A stretch of DNA of 64,000 bases from a virus (Duplodnaviria; Heunggongvirae; Uroviricota; Caudoviricetes): IMG/VR virus record IMGVR_UViG_3300026122_000001; one strand, 5' to 3'. The translations under genes were made by a program, and so were the position numbers. Positions 35,685-44,069 of this stretch are shown here, piece after piece (position 1 is the first letter of the stretch; each line of letters opens with the position of its first letter). Under the pieces are notes generated by a model that was not told the origin of the DNA, did no database searches, and worked only from the letters and a program-made list of their open reading frames with translations.

Positions 35685-38477
35685 ATGAAACCAACCGGCC
35701 CGCCTACCGTAACATCGGCCATTCAGTATTTTCTCACCCATAATTCACCAAACTCCCCCGACCTAGCTGCCCTTTACAACCCGGGTATGGAAGCCCAAAT
35801 CAATGTCGCCCGCATGGATGGCGATCCGGTTGAAGGCCGCCGCAACACCTACGAGGACGGGGAAACCAGGTGGTGGAACATCCGGATTCCAAAGAGTGCC
35901 GACAAAGACCCGAACTGGAACGACTACGCACTCCAGTTCTCGCTTGAAAAGTACGCCCACAGCATCGGAATGTCAGGTTGGAACTGGCAAGAGCGACGAA
36001 GCTATTTTGTCGGGTACGACTTCGATTCGATCGTCGGACACGCCCCGGGAGTTGGCGTTTCGGACGAAGAACTTCAGAAAGTTCGCGATGTCGTTGAAGA
36101 CATCCCTTGGATCGAGACACGATTCAGTACCGGTGGGAACGGACTCCACCTGTATGTTCATTTTGCCGACCCACCTGAAACTGCAACCCACACCGAACAT
36201 GCGGCCCTAGCACGGGCCGTGCTTGGCGTTATGGCCAAGGAAGCGGCTTTCGATCTTGCTGCCAGCATGGATGTCTGCGGTAACATTCTGTGGTGTTTTC
36301 GCAAAGACGTTCTGGAAGAAGGTAGTCAGGGTTTGAAGCTTATCAACCCGGCTACCGAGAAGTTCGACAAAGTCCCTGTGAATTGGCGAGACAACGTGGC
36401 TGTTATCTCACGACAAGCAAGACACATTCGGGTGCAAGGTCTGGCGGGCCTTGAACATGAAGAAACACCCTTTGAGGAATTGGCACGGGCACGGAAACGC
36501 ATCCCGCTTGAGGCATCACACAAGGCGGTAATGGAAGACCTCGAAGAGTCGGGGTTCTCGTCGGTCTGGGTAGCTGACCATTGGCTACTTCAAACGCACA
36601 CGGCGGCGATCAAAGACTTATACAACAGGTATGCTGATGAAGGTCGACCACTAAAGGGTTTCTTTGACACACTATCTGGCGGTGCCGATCCTTCCAAACC
36701 CAACTGTTTTCTGTTTCCAATGAAAGAGGGTGGGTGGCGTGTCTTTCGGTTTGGCATGGGAGCCGTGGAAGCTGATACATGGGACCAAGCTCCCAATGGC
36801 TGGACTCAGTGTTATTTGAATCAGGCACCATCGTTGGAGGATGCGGCACATGCTCTCGGTGGTATCGAGGACGGTGACAAACCCGGCACGTACATATTTG
36901 AGACCGGCTTGTTGGCTCTTGAGGCAGTTAAGGCGATGGGTAAGACACTGGACTTGCCAGACGCCCTGAAGACCCGGGAGACTTCGTTGTCGTTGACCAA
37001 AAAGGGTAGCCGCCTGCACATCAAGGTTGTGAAGAAGAAGTCTGACGAGGAAGACGATGTGAAGATGCCGGGGTGGCTTGCAAAGAAAAGCCATTGGACC
37101 CGGTTGGAGTCAGTTGTTGTCCCAGAACTTGAGACCACACCTGAACATTACGAGCACGACAACTTTGTCCGTTGGTGCTGGCAAGGCGGCATCGAGGCAG
37201 GTTGGGCAATTCATGAAAGTGGGGCGTGGAAGAACTTGAAGAAAGACAATGCGAGAACAGCGTTCCGTGGTTTGGGCTACAATGGTCCTGAAACAGAGAA
37301 GCTGATGGGCGAAGCTTATCTTGACCCCTGGGCACTTACTACGATTCCGTTCGGCGTCGAGTATCCTGGCGGGCGAGTCTGGAACCGGTTCGCACCTCAG
37401 TGGACGTACCAACCAGCAAACCTACCCGCTGATGTCGAACCGCACCACCCACATTGGGACATGGTGCTGAGACATTCCGGGCACGAACTTGATGGACCTT
37501 TGAAGCACAATCCCTGGGCACAGCAACATGGTATCTTCACCGGCGGGGATTATCTCCTACACTGGGCAACCAGTACGCTGCGTGAACCCGAACAGCATCT
37601 TCCGTATTTGTTTCTCTGGGGACCACAGAACAGCGGTAAATCTATCTTTGGTGACGCCTTGGCTTTGCTAATGAGTGATGGTGCAGTGGAGGTTGCCAAC
37701 CAGGCCATTACGAGCAACGGTGGCTTCAACAGCGAACTCAAGGGTGTCATTGTGGCCCGTGTGGAGGAAATCGACCTCCGTGAAGCTGGCGGTAAATACT
37801 ACAACCGTGTGAAGGACTGGGTCACGGCTGAGACATTCCAGGTACACAGGAAGGGGCAAGAGCCTTATACGATCCCCAACTACCTGAAGTTCATCCACAC
37901 TGCGAACAACAAGAACTTCTCCCCGATCTGGCCCGGAGATAGCCGAATCACAACCATTTGGGTACCGGCCTTGTCGGTAGTTGACGGACAGACCACAGAG
38001 ATTCCCAAGCCCGAGTTACTCAAACGTCTGAAAGAGGAAGCTCCGCACTTTATGACCACGATCATGCGGACTGTATTGCCACCCCAGACCACACGTCTTC
38101 GGATACCTGTGGTCGAGACTGCGAGTAAGCAGACTCTCACGGAAACGGCAATGACCCCCTTGCAGCGATTCTTGCACGAGAACTGTTTCCATGTACCTGG
38201 TAACAAGATACTTCTCACAGAATTCTTGGCGACATTCCAGGCCACATTGACGCCAATCGAGTTGACCAAGTGGACACGTAACCAGGTCAAACAAGAGTTG
38301 GAGCCACCCTACCTATATGGTACGGACAGCCGACGCCAGATGTATGTTGCGAACGTGTCATTCACGGAGCCGACAACAGCAGAGGCAGCGGTGATGGAAA
38401 CCCAACCTGAATACTTCGTAGAGAATGGATTTTTGAAACTTACGACCAAGGGGTCGGATGACACAGGAGCTATGTGA
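35685..38477 (+). CDS. bifunctional primase-polymerase (AEP) / SF3 helicase (D5/P4-type) replication protein
   Basis: N-terminal AEP motif 'STGGNGLHLYVHF' and C-terminal Walker A 'GPQNSGKS', followed by a P4/D5-type helicase C-domain (FIHTANN). 930 aa. Confidence 0.8.
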   Translation: MKPTGPPTVTSAIQYFLTHNSPNSPDLAALYNPGMEAQINVARMDGDPVEGRRNTYEDGETRWWNIRIPKSADKDPNWNDYALQFSLEKYAHSIGMSGWNWQERRSYFVGYDFDSIVGHAPGVGVSDEELQKVRDVVEDIPWIETRFSTGGNGLHLYVHFADPPETATHTEHAALARAVLGVMAKEAAFDLAASMDVCGNILWCFRKDVLEEGSQGLKLINPATEKFDKVPVNWRDNVAVISRQARHIRVQGLAGLEHEETPFEELARARKRIPLEASHKAVMEDLEESGFSSVWVADHWLLQTHTAAIKDLYNRYADEGRPLKGFFDTLSGGADPSKPNCFLFPMKEGGWRVFRFGMGAVEADTWDQAPNGWTQCYLNQAPSLEDAAHALGGIEDGDKPGTYIFETGLLALEAVKAMGKTLDLPDALKTRETSLSLTKKGSRLHIKVVKKKSDEEDDVKMPGWLAKKSHWTRLESVVVPELETTPEHYEHDNFVRWCWQGGIEAGWAIHESGAWKNLKKDNARTAFRGLGYNGPETEKLMGEAYLDPWALTTIPFGVEYPGGRVWNRFAPQWTYQPANLPADVEPHHPHWDMVLRHSGHELDGPLKHNPWAQQHGIFTGGDYLLHWATSTLREPEQHLPYLFLWGPQNSGKSIFGDALALLMSDGAVEVANQAITSNGGFNSELKGVIVARVEEIDLREAGGKYYNRVKDWVTAETFQVHRKGQEPYTIPNYLKFIHTANNKNFSPIWPGDSRITTIWVPALSVVDGQTTEIPKPELLKRLKEEAPHFMTTIMRTVLPPQTTRLRIPVVETASKQTLTETAMTPLQRFLHENCFHVPGNKILLTEFLATFQATLTPIELTKWTRNQVKQELEPPYLYGTDSRRQMYVANVSFTEPTTAEAAVMETQPEYFVENGFLKLTTKGSDDTGAM

Positions 38478-38644
38478 TGATTGCTGTAGACGTTTATCGT
38501 TGTTACGGATTCGCAAGCCGTTCGGTACTCACCGCTGAGCATGTTGGAACCATGCTGGAAGAAGACCGTCCAGACGACGAGGATAGCTTTGCGGACCATC
38601 ACGATGGCGATTTGGTTTGTTACCCCGAATAAGCAGGCAACGTA

Positions 38645-38887
38645 ATGGCACATTTTATCCAAGCCAATGGCACGATGAGACACAACATCCCTGTCCCGTT
38701 GTCATTGACGGCCTTGCAGCAATACGTGCAGGGGTTTGTCCAGTTCATTGATTTGTCAGGTGGTGACTGCATCGCTGTCAATGAAAAGAGTGCCGAGTAT
38801 GGGGACGCGAACCAAACAGCCACGGCTTTGGCGTTTCAACCCATCTGTGGTCCGGCAGTCTTGTTCCATCCCGGTGAACTAGAATGA
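38645..38887 (+). CDS. hypothetical protein
   Basis: 80-aa ORF in the plus-strand replication module. Confidence 0.35.
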   Translation: MAHFIQANGTMRHNIPVPLSLTALQQYVQGFVQFIDLSGGDCIAVNEKSAEYGDANQTATALAFQPICGPAVLFHPGELE

Positions 38888-39162
38888 CACAGTTCCGAGA
38901 AGAATCTGATGTGGCCAAGCCCTTCAACAAAAAGAAGAAGGTCAAGAAGAATTTTGGCGTCGAGTACCTGGGCCCCAAGATGACTTTCCCGAAAGGCGTG
39001 CTTGTTTGGGAATACGAGTGGCGTATCCACCGATGGTACGCGACAGAGAAACAACGAGACACCGCATTGGCCAGTTTGATAAAGAGTGAGTGCTATATTT
39101 ACCGTCAGCATACCAAAGAGGCTGCCAAGGGTGGCCCAAGATACCGAAAGGTGGATCGATGA
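38884..39162 (+). CDS. hypothetical protein
   Basis: 92-aa ORF; 4-nt overlap with the neighbours. Confidence 0.4.
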   Translation: MTQFREESDVAKPFNKKKKVKKNFGVEYLGPKMTFPKGVLVWEYEWRIHRWYATEKQRDTALASLIKSECYIYRQHTKEAAKGGPRYRKVDR

Positions 39163-39833
39163 GGATAATTGGATTCGGACATTCAAAGCGTGCAGGCAAG
39201 GATACCATCGCAGAGATGGTCGCTGGACATTTGCGGACTGGCACTAACTGGTCAGTACAGATGACGGGCTTTGCCGACAAGCTCAAAGAAGTATGTCACA
39301 ACCTGTATGGTTGGGACGGTCTCATGGGCAAGGACTTCTACAACACACCGGAGGGTGCGCCACTGCGAGAAGTCCCACTGCCAACGATCGGAAAGTCGCC
39401 CCGCCAAATCTGGATCGACATGGGCACCCCGGCCGTCCGGGAACGTGTCTATGACATGACGTGGGTCGAGTTCACCTTGCGGCCAGCCAATCCACCGGAT
39501 GTCTTGATTATCCCCGATGTTCGGTTCCCGAATGAAGCACAACGCATCCATGAACTTGGCGGCATTTTGGTCCAGGTCGAACGGCCCGGGTTCCCGGCCG
39601 GTAACGATGTGGCCGACCAAGCTCTCGTTGGTTATGAGGGCTGGACTGCCAAGGTGACGAACGATCGCGATCTCCAGTACCTTGACTATTGGGCCGAGAT
39701 CATTGCCTGTCACGTTGGTGGGGCTTTCAAGGACCAGACGTTGCAGGAGTTGCTTGACAACGCCCGCACGCGACTTGACGAGTCTGTTGCCCACTGGCAG
39801 CAAGTCATGTCCAATCTACAGAATGGGGGCTGA
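39159..39833 (+). CDS. deoxynucleoside monophosphate kinase (T4 gp1-like)
   Basis: 'MRIIGFGHSKRAGKDTIAEMV' parallels T4 dNMP kinase 'MKLIFLSGVKRSGKDTTADFI'. Start set at the Met preceded by a GGAGG-like RBS. Confidence 0.65.
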   Translation: MRIIGFGHSKRAGKDTIAEMVAGHLRTGTNWSVQMTGFADKLKEVCHNLYGWDGLMGKDFYNTPEGAPLREVPLPTIGKSPRQIWIDMGTPAVRERVYDMTWVEFTLRPANPPDVLIIPDVRFPNEAQRIHELGGILVQVERPGFPAGNDVADQALVGYEGWTAKVTNDRDLQYLDYWAEIIACHVGGAFKDQTLQELLDNARTRLDESVAHWQQVMSNLQNGG

Positions 39834-39837
39834 GACC

Positions 39838-40314
39838 ATGGCCAAGAAACCCGCAGCAGAAGCCGCCAATCAAGCTCGCCGGTTGATCGCCGGGGCCCTC
39901 GCTGACTTTTTGAACCACCTGATAAAGCAGCGAGAACCCATGCTTGTAGGGGGTCAGTACAAACCTGACAACTTACTGCGGGCATACGTAGAGTGGAGTA
40001 AGCTCCGTGGTTTTGACTCTGGGAGCCCGGATGGCGAAGCCTGGGGACAGCTTTGCATCGGTGGATTCATGCAGGGTATGCCAGAAGCTCCTGAGACGCC
40101 GCTGACGGGCCTACAGGGCCCTGGTCGTAAGAAACCGCCTTTCGACCCACCTTCCAAGCCGGAGCCGCCCAAACGGCCTCCTATCGACCTGGGCGCTGGT
40201 AACGACGTGGACATGGACTCGTATGACGATACTCCAAAGGGCCACAGACGCCAGAAGTGGGAGGACGAGGGCGAGGATTGGAAGAAGGGCAAGCCGGAGG
40301 ACCCCGATGAGTAA
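39838..40314 (+). CDS. hypothetical protein with Pro/Lys-rich acidic tail
   Basis: Starts MAKKPAAEAANQARR. The low-complexity C-terminus may be a flexible interaction tail. Confidence 0.4.
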   Translation: MAKKPAAEAANQARRLIAGALADFLNHLIKQREPMLVGGQYKPDNLLRAYVEWSKLRGFDSGSPDGEAWGQLCIGGFMQGMPEAPETPLTGLQGPGRKKPPFDPPSKPEPPKRPPIDLGAGNDVDMDSYDDTPKGHRRQKWEDEGEDWKKGKPEDPDE

Positions 40315-40927
40315 ACTGCATAGTTCCATCGCCCATTTGATGGGCAACTTGATGTGTGCGATCGATGTCGAGACCACCGGGCGGATACCCGGGTTTCACG
40401 AGATCATCCAGATTGCGGTTCAGCCACTGGACAGCGACTTTCAGGTCCTGCCGGACATCCGGCCGTTTTACACTGAAGTCGCGCCAGAATACCCGCAGCG
40501 TGCGGAGAGATCAGCCACCAAGATTCATGGGCTGGACCTAAGATACATCTGCCAGTATGCCCCGACCCAACTCAAAGCTGCCGACATGTTTGATGATTGG
40601 TTCCAGCGGCTTCAGTTGCCGATAACCAAACGGATCGTGCCGCTGGCACACAATTGGGCCTTTGAGCGATCCTTCTTGTTACCTTGGCTCGGGCTTGATG
40701 CTTTGGATGACATGTTTCACATGCACCCCAGAGATTCAATGTTGCTGGCCATCTCCATCAACGATCGCTACACTTTCCGGTGCCAGCCACGACCATGGCC
40801 ATCTGTAAGCTTGGCATCGTTATGCGAGAAGCTCGGCATCGTCAATGAAAAAGCCCATGACGCCTTGTGTGACGCACGGGCTGAGGCTAAGGTGTATCGT
40901 CAACTGATGGTCCACTCACTGGTATAA
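40307..40927 (+). CDS. DEDDh 3'-5' exonuclease (DnaQ/epsilon-like)
   Basis: Exo I 'AIDVETTG', Exo II 'HNWAFE', Exo III 'HDALCDA'. Confidence 0.75.
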   Translation: MSKLHSSIAHLMGNLMCAIDVETTGRIPGFHEIIQIAVQPLDSDFQVLPDIRPFYTEVAPEYPQRAERSATKIHGLDLRYICQYAPTQLKAADMFDDWFQRLQLPITKRIVPLAHNWAFERSFLLPWLGLDALDDMFHMHPRDSMLLAISINDRYTFRCQPRPWPSVSLASLCEKLGIVNEKAHDALCDARAEAKVYRQLMVHSLV

Positions 40928-41821
40928 ATCACAGGCGGGGCATGCAGCCCCGTCGATCTCGACTAGCTTACCAGTGCGGTTGCAATGAAGTATCATTGCC
41001 ATACAACCACAACTCTGTGCCTTCCCCTCTACGGGGACACGATGTTCGCAGTTGGCGAACTTGGGCAAAAAGGTCCAAGCGTCCGGGCTCTTTAGATTTG
41101 TGGTTTTCCGTTCGTACCCGTCTGGGACTGGAGGCGGTTCCCAGCCCTTCTTTGGGTACACGATGGTCCCATCTTTATGAACACGGGGTCTTATGTATCC
41201 GGACATGTTTTGTTCCATGAGTTTTTGTTGGGTGGCTCGCTCGGCTGCTTGGCGTTTGGATATTGCAGTCTCCATGGCTCGAATTGCCTTTTCTGACCGT
41301 TTTAGAACAGCAGCGTCCCTTTTTGCCTCACTGATGGCTTTAGCTTCTCTGCGTTTAGCCGCCTCAGCCCGACGCTCAGTTTTAAGCAGTTCACGGGCCA
41401 ACATTTTAGCCGGATGTTTCTTGGCACGCTCCGCTCGTCTGGCTGCGCGAGCATCTGCACGGACTGCTCTGGCCTCTTTCCTGGCCACCCTGTCCCGTGC
41501 TGCCTGGGCCCGTTGGTCTGCCAACTCGGCCTCGCGTTTGGCCCTGGCCTCTGGCCCGGCGTCAGGCTGGCTATACTGGGTGTTACCCTGCTGAATGGCT
41601 GCACGTATTTGTCTATCACGTTGTCGTGATTCCTTTTTGGCTGTTTTTACGTCAGCCCGACGGTCCCGCTTCGATTTGGCCTGTGCTTGGAGAGTGGCCT
41701 GTGCTTGGGCCAGGGCTTTCATATCCTCAAGTGGTGTATCGGTGTGTGCCGCATCCTCAAGAATCTTCTTGAAAGTTTGCATGTAATACACGCGCTCAAG
41801 TTGGGCAATGTCTTCGGTCAT
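40916..41821 (-). CDS. basic coiled-coil protein with C-terminal Cys-rich zinc-binding domain
   Basis: Long Arg/Lys/Ala/Glu-rich helical region, then 'CEHRVPVEG...CGCMAMILHCN...CPACDLYQ'. Confidence 0.45.
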   Translation of the reverse strand: MTEDIAQLERVYYMQTFKKILEDAAHTDTPLEDMKALAQAQATLQAQAKSKRDRRADVKTAKKESRQRDRQIRAAIQQGNTQYSQPDAGPEARAKREAELADQRAQAARDRVARKEARAVRADARAARRAERAKKHPAKMLARELLKTERRAEAAKRREAKAISEAKRDAAVLKRSEKAIRAMETAISKRQAAERATQQKLMEQNMSGYIRPRVHKDGTIVYPKKGWEPPPVPDGYERKTTNLKSPDAWTFLPKFANCEHRVPVEGKAQSCGCMAMILHCNRTGKLVEIDGAACPACDLYQ

Positions 41822-43497
41822 TCTTCATCACCTGTGTAAGTTTCCCACCATGGTGGTGCGTCCCAAGGCTTATCGTCTGGGTCTGTGGGTTCGGCTTCTC
41901 TGTCACCACATTCACACCCACTATAGAGTAGCCTGGAAGCGTACTTGGTTGTGTACGGATTATATTCCTCATCGTAGCCGGGACATACTTCCTCGTTGGC
42001 ATGTTCAACGCCTCCGTATGGGTATTCCCCAAGCGAAGAGAGAAAGTCCCACCAGCCGTATGTCGTATTCCAAAGATATCGCCGGAGATAGTCGTTATGG
42101 CCAGTGACCAGGCCGCTCCGTTTAACCCACATCCCGTTGGTAAGATATGCTTCGCCCCCGGTCCATTCCCAACCACCCACATCCCTGTCTTCCCTTGGCT
42201 CCCAGTCGCCATCCCCACCAGTCTTCTGGTAACCATGATTCCAACTAACGGTGCAATGATTAGGCTGGTTGATCCAGCACGCATAGTCTTGGTCTATTAA
42301 ATTCACCCATGTTTTTATGTCCCGTGGCTTTCTCTTGCGACAGTCCCCAGGGTTTGACTTCCACCAAGGGTAATCCCATCTCACTGGTGCTGGCTCAAGC
42401 GCCAGCCAGGCTGTTATAAGCGATTCAGTATTCGACATCATGCTAACCGTGCTGATTTGCCCCTTTCTAAGTGGGATACTTCCTTGGAGCGCCTGGTGTT
42501 CGGTAGCGGCTGACTCCATTTCGCCCAATTGTTCATCAGCTAGGGCTTCAAGACGGTCATGCTCGGCTGAGATATCGTCGGCACCTTCATCCAATTCTTC
42601 AATGTAGTCCTCTTGATCCTCAATATGCTCTTGTGCTTTTTCGCAGGCCCCCTCAAGGCTTTTATCGTCAGAGGCTTTGTTGCAGATATAATCCTTGAGC
42701 TTGTTTAGTTCCTCCAAGCGTTCTTGGGCACGCTCTTTTTGTTCCTCGAACCAGTCTATACCAACTTGAAATCCCGCTTGTAGTGTACGCCATTTATTGT
42801 ACTTCCCATCTGCCGCCCATGCCCTTGTGTAGGCTTGGTACATCTTTTGCCCGTGCTCTATTGCTGCTTCCTGAAACTCTTGGCCCTCGTCAATAAATTC
42901 ATTGACCCAATGCCGCTGCCATTGTCCAAAGAGGCCATGGTCGCTAGTACCATAGTTAGCGCTCTCTTCAACATGGTCGGCCCAAAACTCTGTGTAGGTA
43001 TAACCACATAGTTGTTCTGGTGTATACTCAATACCAGAATCAACAAACGGCACCTGGTTCCAGTCATACTGGGCTGGTGGCTCTGGGCATTCATGTGCGT
43101 TTGCACACGTTATGCAACAGTCACACCAACCCTCATCGATGGCATCTTCGATCTCGTTCAGTATACCGGCGGTCCAAAGCTGGCCTGGGTCTTTTATGTC
43201 TTCCAACTCCGTCCAGAAATCTTCCCATTCGGTACCTCGCTCCGGCGGGTAGAAACACAATTCCTCCAGTTTTTCGCGTATTTTTTCAATATCCTTTTGT
43301 GAATAAATATGGGGCTTCGTGGGGAGTTCTAGTTTCTCGACATCGGAACAGTTTCCAATCGGATTCTCACACAAGTCGTTGATGGCCGTCAGGAGTACAA
43401 TGTAATCGTTGAACGTGAATAGATCATCCTCTGCCCACTTGTGGACATCCTTTGGGATGGGCGGGTCAGCATTGGGGTCTTTTTTTGCTTTTGGCAC
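41818..43497 (-). CDS. hypothetical acidic Trp/Cys-rich protein
   Basis: 559-aa ORF, unusually rich in W, D, E and C; no recognised domain. Confidence 0.45.
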   Translation of the reverse strand: MPKAKKDPNADPPIPKDVHKWAEDDLFTFNDYIVLLTAINDLCENPIGNCSDVEKLELPTKPHIYSQKDIEKIREKLEELCFYPPERGTEWEDFWTELEDIKDPGQLWTAGILNEIEDAIDEGWCDCCITCANAHECPEPPAQYDWNQVPFVDSGIEYTPEQLCGYTYTEFWADHVEESANYGTSDHGLFGQWQRHWVNEFIDEGQEFQEAAIEHGQKMYQAYTRAWAADGKYNKWRTLQAGFQVGIDWFEEQKERAQERLEELNKLKDYICNKASDDKSLEGACEKAQEHIEDQEDYIEELDEGADDISAEHDRLEALADEQLGEMESAATEHQALQGSIPLRKGQISTVSMMSNTESLITAWLALEPAPVRWDYPWWKSNPGDCRKRKPRDIKTWVNLIDQDYACWINQPNHCTVSWNHGYQKTGGDGDWEPREDRDVGGWEWTGGEAYLTNGMWVKRSGLVTGHNDYLRRYLWNTTYGWWDFLSSLGEYPYGGVEHANEEVCPGYDEEYNPYTTKYASRLLYSGCECGDREAEPTDPDDKPWDAPPWWETYTGDEE

Positions 43498-43502
43498 TGG
43501 CC

Positions 43503-44069
43503 TTATTCCTCGTCTGCCGGTGGGGGCATCTCTGGTAATCCATCGCTGAGAATCTTGTAGACCTTCGCAGTGGAGAAGTCAGTCAGGGCTGCACGTTGTA
43601 CACGGACCCCAAATTGCCGAAGCCGTTTCTGTACCATACGGGTCAGTTGCTTTTCAACTTGGCCCGAGATGTTTTGCAACAGGTCGTCGAGGATCCACTT
43701 AGTTATCACCTCGACTATCGCGGCCTGGGTGATGTCGTAGATGGTGGCGTCTACGTCATAGTTCCGCTTGCCAATGGCGCGCACCACATCGCTTATCGTG
43801 TAAACGACGAGTGCGCCAACAACGACCTGTTGCTTGTCTCTTGTCATCAAAGCTTGTGTCTTGAGGTTGAGCGTCTGACGGGCTGTCGGGATCACTTCAA
43901 ACTCAGTAGAGAATGGCCAGTACCAGTGGAACCCCGGTGCCATCTCTTTGGGCTCTTTACCCCAGGGCCATTTCACACCACCATGTGTTGACCGGATGAT
44001 AATTGGCCTTGGAACAAAGTCCAGTATGGCCATGACGATGTCATTGATCCAGTTGAGGAATTCCATCAA
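43503..44069 (-). CDS. SPFH-like domain protein (tentative)
   Basis: 'LMTRDKQQVVVGALVVYTISD' resembles the SPFH core (TKDNVxVxVDAVVYYRI). Confidence 0.4.
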   Translation of the reverse strand: MMEFLNWINDIVMAILDFVPRPIIIRSTHGGVKWPWGKEPKEMAPGFHWYWPFSTEFEVIPTARQTLNLKTQALMTRDKQQVVVGALVVYTISDVVRAIGKRNYDVDATIYDITQAAIVEVITKWILDDLLQNISGQVEKQLTRMVQKRLRQFGVRVQRAALTDFSTAKVYKILSDGLPEMPPPADEE

